The position numbers were made by a program, and so were the translations under genes. From the NCBI RefSeq assembly GCF_001194135.2, contig NC_068981.1, positions 176,718,454-176,782,453 of the forward strand: a stretch of 64,000 nt of DNA, in the 5' to 3' direction. The notes under the pieces were generated by a model that was not told the DNA's origin, did not search any database, and saw only the letters and a program-made list of their open reading frames with translations. Shown here piece by piece: positions 38,388 through 50,149 of this stretch. Source of the DNA: Octopus bimaculoides. Taxonomy: Eukaryota. Numbering within the stretch: position 1 is the stretch's first letter; each line of letters starts with the position of its first letter.

Positions 38388-38940
38388 TCGTCATCATCAT
38401 CGTTTAACGTCCGTTTTTCATTCTGGCATGGGTTGGATGGTTTGACTGAGGTCTGGAGATCCAGCGACTGCACCAGGCTCCAATCTGATCTGACAATGTT
38501 TCTACAACTGGATGCCCTTCCTAATGCCAACCAGTCTGAGAGTATAGGGAGTGCTTTTTATGTGCCATCGGCACAGGAGCCAGTCAGGTGGTCCTGACAT
38601 TGATCACGTTTGGATAGCGCTTTTTACATGCCACTAGCATGGGAGCCAGTCAGTGGGTACTGGCATTAGCCATGTTCGAATGGTGCTTTTTATGTGCCAC
38701 TGGCAAGGGAGCCAATCAGAGGGCACTGGCCACAGCTACGATTTTGGTTTTACTTGACTCAACAGGTCTTCTCAAGCATATCATATTGCCCGCACATCGG
38801 GAGTACTCTTCAATAGGCTGGACATACAACACTGGCATTGGCCATGGCTGTGAGCTCACTTTAGTTGCCAGGTCTTCTCAATCACTGCATATCTCCAAAG
38901 GTCTGGGTCTCCAGTCATTGCCCCTGTGAGAATCAATGTT
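37945..38940. mobile_element. SINE cluster: family-A head (+) and two family-M copies (-)
   Basis: Head 37945-38075; (CAT)nCGTTTAACGTCC starts at about 38077 and 38386. Confidence 0.75.
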
Positions 38941-39269
38941 CAAAAGAGACTGGTAGAATAAGCACTAGGTTTTAAAAAACAAATTACTGGAGTCGATTCA
39001 TTTGACTAGAACTCTTCAAGACGGTGCCTTCTACAGCATTATTTAAGATATACAGAATGCTATATATAATTTGGTTTTACAAATGGGAAGAATAGAACCC
39101 TACACATAAAACAGACTGTATATATACATGTATTATTTATTAGCTGTGGTGCTATGAAAGTATCTTAGGGGCTGAGAGTTTTGTGTAAAGTTCTTTTGCA
39201 TGAAAACTTAAGCCTCTAAGTTTCATGTAGCTTCACAAATAATTTTTAAAAATACACACACATGATCAA

Positions 39270-39370
39270 TCGATAGAGAGATAGATAGACAGATGGATGG
39301 ATGGATGGATGGATGGATGGATGGATGGATGGATAGATAGATAGACAGACAGACAGATAGACAGACAGAC

Positions 39371-39417
<47 letters not shown>

Positions 39418-39426
39418 TAGATAAAT

Positions 39427-39472
<46 letters not shown>

Positions 39473-39475
39473 CAC
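39270..39475. repeat. Compound (GATA)/(GATG)/(GACA) tetranucleotide repeat
   Basis: Direct reading. Confidence 0.95.
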
Positions 39476-39781
39476 TACACACAGACATAGATACAAATAT
39501 TTGTGTATTAAATGAAATTATACTTTTTTCCCATCACAAAATACTGAAAAGAAATTATTACGGATAATTCTGACTTCCCAGACATTGATGGTTTGGAACC
39601 TTTTACATTCTGCACTAATTTACAAGCAGGAAATTCAAATTATTGCAGCCACCAGACTAGTTTAATGGTAACTTGCATAGTACAATATTAATAAACTGGT
39701 ATCATTTATACTAGTGTACAGGCACCTGTATTTCATTAAATTATTTGAGTAAATTTAATATGTGAATAAAATTTAATAAAT

Positions 39782-39945
39782 ATGTCAAAGCCGACAGAAA
39801 GCAGTGCAGCTTCCTAGGTCTAACCAACAGTAGTATTATTCCCTTCAGGGGACTGTCACATTAAGTTGACAGCATACAACTACTTTATCGTATCACTACT
39901 GCACAAATCCCTCTGAGAGATTTAGAAATGTATTATTTCTAAATT
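39782..39945 (+). mobile_element. Solo partial copy of the 48.3-48.7 kb palindrome arm
   Basis: Matches 48623-48727 and continues into the reverse complement of 48303-48360. Confidence 0.85.
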
Positions 39946-40099
39946 TAATATTTGTTTGACTTAGAATGTGTTGACCAAAGTAATCACCCTGGTTCAGAAA
40001 AATCAGTTATCCAGAAAGGCTTTGGAAGCAAAGATTCTGAAAAATCAATGTTTTATTTGCATTTAAACAATTTTGTTTCAACTGCAAATGTTATTTCAT

Positions 40100-41050
40100 C
40101 TGTGAGTTGGATATTTCGCCAAATTAGAGGGCACCATCTTATACAGAGGTGTTGTCTTTTTAAATCTCATCGTTTAAGATTTGGATAAATGTCTTGGACT
40201 TACACGACTGAATCTAAATGACTATTATTTGCATGTTTCATAGAAATTATCATAATTGTGATCTTTCTTTCACTCAAACTTTTATCTAATGCATGTAAAG
40301 TTTGATTTAGATCTGTCATTTCTTTTGAAATGACGTCTGTTCATTTGTCTCATGTTGCCGAATTAATGTCACTATTTGCATAGTTTACACGAAACAAACT
40401 AATGCGCTACTCACTATTTAATCATGAAAATTATCGGAAAACTCGCAGCAATGAAAACAAAGGACAAATTTCAAATAAATCAGTGACTAAGACGGTTATT
40501 ATAAAACTATATCCTGTCAAATTATTCAGAATCAAAACTTCAACTTATGCATACCTGAAACAACCCAAACAATTCTGGCGAGTGTTTTATTTCTCTGTTT
40601 CCTTTACATTAACAAACAGACACTCGTTTCTAAATATTCATGTATGTACATTTTTGTTTCTATCCAGACATATTATATCTATAGATGTATTTACTATAAC
40701 AGTGGGTGGAGTAGAATACGTAATGTTATGGTGTCTTTGTTATGTCTCTTTGACTTCAAGTGGCCTTTAAGGTAACTACTTCACGCACCTTTGCATAGCA
40801 TCAAAGGAAAGATTATTACATTGAATAAGAATCATTTTGTGATCACCTTCACTGACTGTAAATGGGATTGAAATACAGCTCATCCCTTAAAACCTACGTA
40901 ACACAAAATGGCCTAATTTTCTTGAAATTCTATCTTTCGTTAATGTGTTATCAGGAGCTAATTCATATTTAATTCAAAAGAGTATCCTGTTTCTAAATAT
41001 CCATGCTGAATGTTGAAATACGTGGGTCTATTCATCCACCATTCAATGAC
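40100..41050. promoter_or_regulatory. Repeat-poor, CpG-retaining region; candidate promoter or enhancer
   Basis: About 17 CpG in ~0.9 kb by eye, against about 6 in 1.44 kb at 24841-26280; donor-like sites facing outwards on both strands. Confidence 0.3.
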
Positions 41051-41544
41051 TACTGAAAAATTGAATTATGAGAGAAATAATTTGTGTATTTAGGACAGTT
41101 TTATGACTTGTTACTTACAGTTAGGTGCATTTTTAGCATTCTCCTATACAATAGACTCAGAAATTATTTAGTGCATCAAAAACTAATTTCTGCTGATCTA
41201 CATCATAGGTTTTTAGAATCTGCTCACTTTGGGGGGTGGGGCATTTCTGTAAATTTTCAGTTTTCGTTTTCTTATGAAAATTCTTTTCAGACTAAATATC
41301 AATGTTTATGTTTCTTAAAAATCATGCAAATTAAAAAAATTATCACTAAAAAATAAAACCTTTAAAAAAATACAGAAAAGAAGAGAAGGTAACCTGCTCC
41401 TCCACCCTAATCTGTAACCTCCGCAACTACAATGCTTTAGAATATACATACCCAAACAAATTATAGCATTTGGCACACTAAATCATTTCCAAGTCTATTC
41501 TATCATAATGTCGCATTTTTCTTCTATAAACATGTTAAAATTTG

Positions 41545-41715
41545 GCCTTTGTGCCGGTGGCACATAAAAGCACCCAGGAAGGGCATCCAGCTGTAGAAAC
41601 TCTGCCAAATCAGATTGGAGCCTGGTGTAGCAATCTGGTTCACCAGTCCTCAGTCAAATTGTCCAACCCATGCTAGCATGGAAAGCGGAAGTTAAACAAT
41701 GATGATGATGATGTT
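41545..41715 (+). mobile_element. Family-M SINE 3' part
   Basis: GGAAGGGCATCCAGCTGTAGAAAC...GTTAAAC(AAT)(GAT)n. Confidence 0.75.
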
Positions 41716-41900
41716 AAAGGAATGTATTAGTTTGATGCTCAGTGAAAAGAGAAAGTTTGTTATTTCGAGCATAGCTCTTCATCAGAAAGGAGAAAAGGAA
41801 AAGTCCAAAATAGGGAAAAAAAATAGCCAACAGCACATGTGCAGCTGATCTCAAAAACATTGAAAATCATTGTCCTGCTGTCTTCAAAATAAAACGATAT
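41716..41900 (-). mobile_element. Penelope-like element terminal-repeat (pLTR) fragment
   Basis: Homologous to 53527-53650 (TTGGACTTT..CTGATGAAGAGC...GCTCGAAA...CTGAGCATC..CTAATAC); carries a hammerhead-like core. Confidence 0.55.
41756..41790 (-). ncRNA. Minimal hammerhead-ribozyme-like motif, decayed
   Basis: CTGATGA-A-GAGC(TAT)GCTC-GAAA; downstream stem III and cleavage triplet degenerate (TAAC). Confidence 0.5.
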
Positions 41901-42172
41901 ATTGGATTTTATTTCTAAATGGACAGAACTATTAGAGTGCTGTGGTATTTCTTCCAACTCTTTACGTTTTGAGTTCAAATCTTGCCATGGTCAACTTTGC
42001 CTTTCTTCATTTTGGCATCTATAAAATATAGTTCTAGACTAGAAGTAGAGTCGATGGTAGTGAAAAAACTACTTCATCAAATTTCAAGTTCTGTGCCTGA
42101 GTTAGAAACAATCATATATTGGAAAATGTTTGTATTACAGAGAATTATGATTTCGAAAGAAGTGGACTTACA

Positions 42173-42576
42173 GAATAGCTGTCACACATAAATCGGAATT
42201 TCTCCTGCTTCCCCACTACCCAAGATTTATCCACATTCTGTAGCATCCCACATTTCAAAATACTGCTGGGTGGATTACTTATTAAGGAAATTTTTTTCCC
42301 TAAATCCTTGTTTTTCAAACCTATCACTCTTTCCATTGTGCCTTCAAACAACAACAACAACCACTAGAATGATTTTTTTTTTCATCTCCATTATTTTTCG
42401 ATATGTTATAGTATTCCATATTTTGAAGCATCTGTAATCTGCATTTTTTAGAGAAAAAATTTCATAACCCTCCCCACTCCTTCTTCATGTTTTTCACAAA
42501 TAAAATCCTGAAAAAAATTAAATATAATAAAAAAAAAAAAAACGGAGAAATTCCGGTTTATGTGTGACAGCTATTC
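42173..42576. mobile_element. MITE-like element with a 33-bp inverted repeat
   Basis: 42173-42205 versus 42544-42576, 1 mismatch; true termini and TSD not resolved. Confidence 0.5.
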
Positions 42577-43599
42577 CCAAAGTCTGCTCTCAAAGAATTT
42601 TTTCCCAAAAAATTTCAATGTTTTTATATTTACCACCCACCTCACCACCAATTCCGTGCCCTTTTCTTCCCCTGTGAAATAATAATAGTTATTCCAAAAC
42701 ACTACCATTTGTCATAATGCTTTGCTTTTCTTTTTTGAAGTTAATGGTTCCTAGGTTGGTTTCAATGGTGTATATTCAACATACATACATGTGTGCCCTT
42801 GCCAACTTTGTTTCCTCATATCTTTTAATGAATTTTTTTGCAGTATTCAACTGATACTTTATTTTATTTTATCAACCCCCAAAGATTAAAGACAAAACCG
42901 ATCGTATTTGCACTCAGAATGTTAAAAGCCAGAAGGAAATACTACTGAACACTTTGTCCAACGCACTAATGATTCCTCCAGCTGACTGCTGTGTTAATGA
43001 TTTCAAATTTTGACACAATGCCAGCAATTTTAGTAGGATGCATAAGCCAATACCATCATCACTGGTACTTTATTTTGTTGTCCCTGAAAGAACGAAAGGC
43101 AAAGTTAACCTTGACAGAAGAAACACTACTAAACATTTTGTCTGGTATGCTAATGACTCTGCCAGCTTACTTCCTCAAATTATAATAATAACAACAATAA
43201 ATACACATCTTGGTAGTTAAGGATGTTGTAGCGAATGCCAAATGCTTATTCAGTAAAATTTAAGCCAAAAGAATTCTAATGATAGTTCAGTTAGTAAATC
43301 AATGCATCCTAGTCCAAAATCATGACATCGATTTGAAATTTTGCATTTTGGTACTTATATTTCAACCTATGAGACTACCATATTTGACAGCTTGTGAGCC
43401 ACACTTAAAAAAAAACGGAGAGAAATTATGTCCCAGAAAATTCATTCCATACTCTTTATAAAAGTACAAAAAAAAAAAAAAAGAAAACAGAGAGCAGATA
43501 TAAATACTGAAAATAATTGACTGGCCCCTTCATCTAAAATATCTGGCCTTGTGCATATAGTAGAAGGAATTATTATTGTTAGTATTACTTTTATTATTA

Positions 43600-43810
43600 A
43601 AGGTGGCAAACTGACAGAATCATTAGCATGCCAGGCAAAATGCCAATTAGTATTTTACCCTTCCTTACGTTCTGAGTTCAAATTCTGCCAAGGTTGACTT
43701 TGCCTTTCATCCTTTTAGGGTCAATAAATTAAGTACCAGACAAGCACTGGGGTCAATGTAACTGACCTAACCCTTCCCCTTAAAATTAGGCCTTGTGTCT
43801 ATAACAGAAA
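43600..43810 (+). mobile_element. SINE family N, diverged, followed by (TTA)n
   Basis: GAGTTCAAATTCTGCC and GCCTTTCATCCTTTTAGGGTCAATAAATTAAGTACCAG. Confidence 0.65.
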
Positions 43811-43826
43811 GGATTATTATTATTAC

Positions 43827-43868
<42 letters not shown>

Positions 43869-44239
43869 TTGTGTAGTTATGAACATGAGAGGCTGCAAAT
43901 AATTATACATACAATCAACTAATCAGCCATTTTGTTTGTTCATGTAAATCGCAAACAACAGAGGGACAATTATTTTCACTTTATAAGAGTGGAATGTTTA
44001 ATGTGGAAGATTTGATTTCAGTCAATATTTATGAAAGATATTTTCTCATTAAATCAATCAAATGCCAAAATAGTAATATTTCTTGAAAAAGAAATGTTGT
44101 TTTTTATATAGTTTTTCCCCCAAATTAAGGAAATAAAGTTCAATAGTTTGAAGAAAATGTCTCTAATTGAGTGAGTAGTTTATATTTTTCATTTCTTTTC
44201 CTTTGTTTCAAAATGAAAAAAAAAAATGTAATAAAGAAA

Positions 44240-44630
44240 AAATACTTGGCAGAAAGCCACCTGACTGATTGACATGGAGTTACAATCACTTACCAGTACA
44301 CTTCTACCTCTAACCCACATACATTTGCTCTCTTCACTCCGTGGAGCTAAATGATCGTGTATAATTTCCACCCAATACACTTGTCTCTCCTCTTGTCACA
44401 CATATTGTCTCCCCTCCCACTTCCTAGCATTACCTGACCATTTTTTTGTAATCCTTTCTCCATAGAGCATCAGTCGTCTGGAATTCCCTCCTTATCTATG
44501 TCTTTTTTTTTTTTCGTGCTATTATTGACTTGCTGTTGTTCAAGATGAACACCGACATCATCAATGTCTTGTGAAGGTCACGAATGCAGTCATTTCTCCT
44601 TGATTAAACATTAAAAATAAAAATAAAACC
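44240..44630 (+). mobile_element. CR1/Jockey-group LINE 3' end remnant
   Basis: ...RLEFP/WNSLP-like segment (GTCTGGAATTCCCTCC), then L..FK (TTGTTCAAG) and an A-rich tail. Confidence 0.4.
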
Positions 44631-45519
44631 TCTCCAAGTTATAATTTCTCACTGACTTAGCTTTGAAAAAGCAAAAGTAATTTTCTAAAAATATTACAAA
44701 GAAATAAATGAATAATATTCAATATATAATGGTGAAAATGTGTGTAGACAGATGCATTTAACAGTTTCATAAATACAAATACATTAACTTAAAATCATGC
44801 TTAAATGCAAGCTGAAAATATTGTTATATAAACACTTGGGATTGATATTTTAATATCATCTTCAAAAAAAATTTCTTCAGAATTCTGTAAAATAACCTTT
44901 TACTTTTTATTAAATTCAGATTTTCTTCTGTTAGAAAATATTGCTAAATATTATCCTGTGACTCAATATACAGAAGAAAATGTAAGTGAATATAAATATT
45001 TTGGAAATGCTTTTTAAAAGTAAAATTTGTAATAAATGAAATTTTTAGAGAGTTTCTTCCTAAAATAACATTGATCAGTTGTTTTCTGTGAATTTGTGCT
45101 GTGTGATGTGTTAGAAACATTGTACAGTAATGTACCTTGGACAGGAGACAATGAAGGTTTCTGAAAGGTTAGTGATAAACAAGATGAATTATAATCCTTG
45201 GTGTGTGAGGAAATTTCACAAAATATATTACTTCTTACTCCAGAGAAAATTTTGGTAGAATGAACATGAAATAAGAATGAATGATGAGAAGTAGGCCAAG
45301 AAGTGTCTTTAGATGGTGGATAGACATGGGTATCCATCAATGATGGATTATCATTGAAAGAGAGGTGGGCTAAACAAAACTTAAAATGAATTGGTGAAGA
45401 TTAACATAGCAATAAATTACTGGCACATTAAGTGTTTTGTTTCAATGCTATACTGGATGTATTCAACAGATGTAAACACTTTGTCATTATGTGCTATATA
45501 CTCATGGACAAGCTTGATT

Positions 45520-45990
45520 CTGTGGTTAAGAAACTTGCTTCCCAACCACGTCTTGGGTTCAGTCCCACTGTATGGCACCTCGGGCAACTGTCTTTTACTG
45601 TAGCCTCAGGCTGACTAAAGGCATGTGAGTGGATTTGATAAACAATAATTGAATGAAGTCTCCCTGTGTGTGTTTGTGTATATGTGTGTTTGTATATGTG
45701 AGCATGTGTGTGTGTGTGTAAATGTGTATGTACATACGTGTCTATACATATATATGTGTATCTACAATGTGTGTGTGTGTGTGTGTAGCCTTGCCTCAAC
45801 ATCATGCGTGCAAATGAGCATCACCATCATATAAGCAATGTGGTTCATTTCCAGTCTTCCATGGAAAACATGTATGACCATGGGCAAACATTACCTTGCT
45901 TGGAAATAGGTGAGGGCTGGCAACAGGAAGGGCATCCAGCTGTAGAAAATCTACCTCAACAGATTTTGTCTTATCCATGCAAACATGGAA
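45520..45990 (+). mobile_element. Family-A head and (TG)n followed by the SINE-like repeat seen at 1620
   Basis: GGTTCAGTCCCACTG head; GCAAATGAGCATC...GGAAGGGCATCCAGCTGTAG. Confidence 0.6.
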
Positions 45991-46149
45991 ACATTTTTTC
46001 TACTACTTCCTCCAGTTGACACCCTCATTACACCAATTGGAAAATGCAGCTGAAAACTGTAGTTAACCTGCAAAGAAACCTTTAGTTTTACAATCACACA
46101 TATCATTGATTAAATCTGCTACTAAGTAAAATTAGAAATATTTCATGTC

Positions 46150-46813
46150 CAGGGATCTTTTTTAAAACGGGGGCCACATTTTTCATTAACGAAACACTTT
46201 GAAACTTGGAACACTGGTAGAATGTGTCATATAAAACATCTTTTTCTCTTAGTCTTCTTAAAAAAAAAAGAAATCCATAAGTTATTACATGTGAAAGTTG
46301 TCGTATTTCTGTAATTTCAACTAATCACTGACGTCCATTCAGCCGATATACATTAAGTGCCGACTACATAAACAAACGATTCTGAAACAATTAACCCTAA
46401 CTCTAACCCTAACCCTAACCCTAACCCTAACCCTAACCCTAACCCTAACCCTAACCCTAACCCTAACCCTAACCCTAACCCTAACCCTAACCCTAACCCT
46501 AGGGTTAGGGTTAGGGTTAAAGCAAATTTAAAATGAAAAAAGCAAATAAAACGAAGGTATGGAGATTAAATACGCTTTACATCGCTTAATCACCCAAAGG
46601 AGTAAATGTAAACAACTGAATACTTGTCAGTGATTGGTTGAAATTATCGAAATAAGTCAATTTTTTACATGAAATAAATTCGAATACAAAAATATTTTTC
46701 TGTTCTATAACACAAAATAGATAAGTATACGAAGTTTGAAAGTCTTTCGGTACCAAAAACACTACGTAAAACATTAATGAAAAATGTGGCCCCCGTTTTA
46801 AAATAGATCCTTG
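46150..46813. mobile_element. 664-bp non-autonomous TIR element, CMC/EnSpm-like
   Basis: 40-bp TIR CAGGGATCTTTTTTAAAACGGGGGCCACATTTTTCATTAA (2 mismatches); 2-bp TSD TC at 46148-46149 and 46814-46815. Confidence 0.85.
46391..46520. repeat. Interstitial telomeric repeat in inverted arrangement, (CCCTAA)~18 then (TTAGGG)~3
   Basis: Direct reading; symmetry axis CCCT|AGGG at 46500/46501. Confidence 0.95.
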
Positions 46814-48360
46814 TCCAGTACTGTGACTGATCATAACACCACAGAATTTTCTCAAGCTATCCATGTAATCCACCCCTTCTTCCAGGAGTGACCTCACTTG
46901 CTCCCTTTATTACTAAGTTTTCAGGTTTTTAATCGGATGAAGAAATTTTATGTTATTTGTGGTGTAAACAATTTTAGCACCAAAGGTTATTTATTGCCTG
47001 GTTTGTCTAGTGCGTAACGCTGACCCTATAGCAAGGTGATCAGTTTGTAAGCATTCCTTTGCTGGCATACACATTTTTGTAAATTTGACATTTACTTTAA
47101 AAGAATTTAGTCTGTATTAATTCTTTCAGCCAGCACAAACTCTCATTTTCTGTCTATTTTATTTTTGTATTTGACTTTTTCAAAATTCTTGCTTCCTTAA
47201 ATAACAAACTAGTTCTTTTGGATGTACAAAATACTTCCCAGGAATTTTCTATACGTGTGTGGTACAAGTGGAGCAGTCTTAAAAACCTAATCACAATACA
47301 GTATAAATTATTATATCATTTGACTGTTAGTCACACAACTATAGCTTAAGTATTTTCAATCCATGATCTTGGTAATCTGACAGAAACCTATTTACTATGT
47401 GCCATTTACCATGACATACTACAAGCAACAACAACAACGACAGTAATAATAGTAGTATTTACAATAATGTACTAATTAAGAAATATGGCTTCTTGTTTTG
47501 TAAAACATGCTAAATGTAGTGACATAAATTGTAAGTGGATAATTTGGGTTTTGGTGTAAAATGGAAAATGTTAAACAGTGTGAAGAAATTGTTGAGACAA
47601 ATACAGATGTATTATACATCCACAAGTATATGCATACACACAAAAGAAAGAAATAATTTTAGTTGTAAATATCTGATGTAACATGTTCTCAAAACAAATA
47701 TTGTTGTAGAAACAGCAGACAGTATGGCATCTTATACAATAGTAAATGGTACTAGCATGCCAATAAATTTCAATTCTCATAGCTAAAACAAAAGTTAAAA
47801 ACAGATAAAATTTCACTGACAACGAATAACAAAAACAAAAAGAAAGTTTCAATTTGAATTAAGTTTATAATGAATTAGAACTTTGTCTTCTCAATTTTAC
47901 TTTCTTAAAATTATTTTTATGAGAATATGTCCAATGACCAATTAAGGTGCTGAATTATTAGCTCATAGATTCAATCATTTAGCTATCTTTTTAAACAAGA
48001 CACATTGTCCTCCACTCATTTTGAATTCTTAAGATGGTACTATTTCCAGCTAAATTGTCATTGGTTTCTTTGCCAAGAAGATAGAGACTGTAAACATTAT
48101 TAACTGAAATGATACTTTGTATTAGTCATTTGTTCCAACCATAAATTATATTTTAGAGTACAACACTTTAGGATCCCTGCCATCTTCTAAAGAAAATGAT
48201 AAAAATCTCCAGAAGAACCAAAAGTACTGACTGTCTAAATTCAACTAGTTGTGACTTGAAGCTCCAAAAATGAACTGGAATTTATATGAACGAAGGTATC
48301 ATCTTTAGAAATAATATATTTCTAAATCTCTCAGAGAGATTTATGCAGTAGTGATACGAT

Positions 48361-48727
48361 GAAGTAGTTGTATGCTGTCAACTTAATGTGACAGTCCCCG
48401 AAGGGAATAATACTACTGTTGGTTAGACCTAGGAAGCTGCACCGCTTCCTGTCGGCCTTGACACATTTCCTGTGTCCTTATGTTTACAAAGGGGAGACAA
48501 GCACTTCCACCCAGCTAAGCCTGCATCCAGATACATGTTTCTGATGATACATGTATCTGGATGCAGGCTTAGCTGGGTGGAAGTGCTTGTCTCCCCTTTG
48601 TAAACATAAGGACACAGGAAATGTGTCAAGGCCGACAGGAAGCGGTGCAGCTTCCTAGGTCTAACCAACAGTAGTATTATTCCCTTCAGGGGACTGTCAC
48701 ATTAAGTTGACAGCATACAACTACTTC
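48361..48727. repeat. Near-perfect long palindrome: arms 48361-48538 and 48549-48727, 10-nt spacer TTCTGATGAT
   Basis: Arms are exact reverse complements by eye apart from one extra A in the right arm. Confidence 0.95.
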
Positions 48728-49260
48728 AAGGTATCATCTTGTTAAAAGATACATGTTCTAACAGCTCAAAAGAAATTTTTTTGTTGTTGGCCTCACTTCC
48801 AATTGCAAGGCTGTGACTGCTACTACCTTATGCTTACTCACAACTTTGGAGTCAACCCATGTGTACTTAGTTGCTTGTGCAAATACTGATCTCTAACTGT
48901 GGAGGGAACCTGTGGAAGAGGTAGAGCCTGGGAGGCATGGGAAGAAGTGGTGAAATAAGATCTTTGGATGTTGAGTCTCATAGAGACAATGACAAGTGAC
49001 TGAGACTTTTGGTAATTTACTGTGCTTGAGAAGACTCATGATGCACAATTGTAGTTGTGGCCAGTGCCAGTGACATGTGTGAGGCACTCATGCCGGTGAC
49101 ACATATATAGCACTCATGCCAGTGACATATATAAGGCACACGTGCCAGTGACACGTAATAGGCACCTATGCATGTGACACATAAAAGACACCTAGTACAC
49201 TCTATGGAGTGGTTGTAGAAACCAAGCCAAAACAGACTATATATATATATATATAATATA

Positions 49261-49838
49261 TTTACTCTCTGCACACGATTAGACTTGAAAGTTTGTGAGA
49301 AACCCATTGACCCAATTTGCTGACTTTTCCAATGGCATGCAGGTGTTGATGAATGGTTGATCGACCAAATCCAAGCTTCTCTGCTAGTTCCTCAACAGTC
49401 ATGATGGGATTTTGTTCCACCTGGGTTTGCAGGACGTCCTCATCAAGCTCTACAAATCTTCCAGGACAAGGCTCGTCTTCTAGGCTGTAGTCTCCAGCTC
49501 AGAATTTCTGGAACCACAAGTGACACTGGCTTATGCTTATTGTCCGATCCCCATATACTGAATTAATATTCCTTACAATTTCTGCTGCGTTGTTGCCTTT
49601 ATTGAACTCATAAAGCAAAATATGCCGAATTTGCTCCTTTGTCATTTCTATTATAGCTTTGAAAAAATAACTGTTAAACTCGAACTGCACTCTTCAAAAT
49701 TTGCACTAAAAATAAGGACAAGGTAAAATTACTACCTGCTTTTATAGCAAGTTGATGCAGGTAATTTATCCCATTCCCTTTTGACTTTTAGCTCATGCAT
49801 TTGAAAAAAAAAACCACATTATTTATAGGATAACCTAA
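49261..49838 (-). pseudogene. Mariner 5' half: TIR plus truncated transposase
   Basis: TA|TTAGGTTATCCTATAAATAATG TIR; ATG at 49645 gives MTKEQIRHILLYEFNKGNNAAE...WFQKF, a frameshift, then AGDYSLEDEPCPGR...GQWVSH (WVPH-like); ends at (TA)n. Confidence 0.9.
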
Positions 49839-49899
49839 TATATATATTAGAAGGTTGATGATGGTACACAATATATATATATATATATTCACATCTTAC

Positions 49900-49941
49900 C
49901 AGATGGATATTCTCCACTTTGAATCACCAATCCATCTGTTC
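49900..49941 (-). CDS. Candidate 42-nt symmetric micro-exon, (G)TDGLVIQSGEYPS(G)
   Basis: Acceptor TTTTCGATTTACAG, donor CTG|GTAAGA; two frames open; no homology recognised. Confidence 0.3.
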
Positions 49942-50149
49942 CTGTAAATCGAAAATGTACAAAAAGAGTGTGAAAAGCCAGGGAATTACATAAACAACAG
50001 AAATTGTTTCCTCACTTTATGATGACTGACAAACTTTACACATTGTGGACAGATGTGATATAATTAACAGTTTTTATGTCTATTGAAGTTGGCTGTGATA
50101 TTTAAGGAATTCAAAGCCGTATTTATAAACATGTGTATATTGTTTATTA

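Noticed and set aside
39582-40770. Plus-strand exon pair 39582-39667 and 40667-40770
   Set aside because: Splice sites are plausible and frames open, but peptides are unrecognisable and such short open frames are common by chance
45000-45350. Possible Penelope RT remnant (DVLETLYSNVP)
   Set aside because: One weak motif only; downstream RT motifs not convincingly recoverable
46391-46520. Chromosome-fusion scar interpretation of the inverted telomeric repeats
   Set aside because: Orientation is opposite to a fusion, and the array lies inside a TIR/TSD-bounded element
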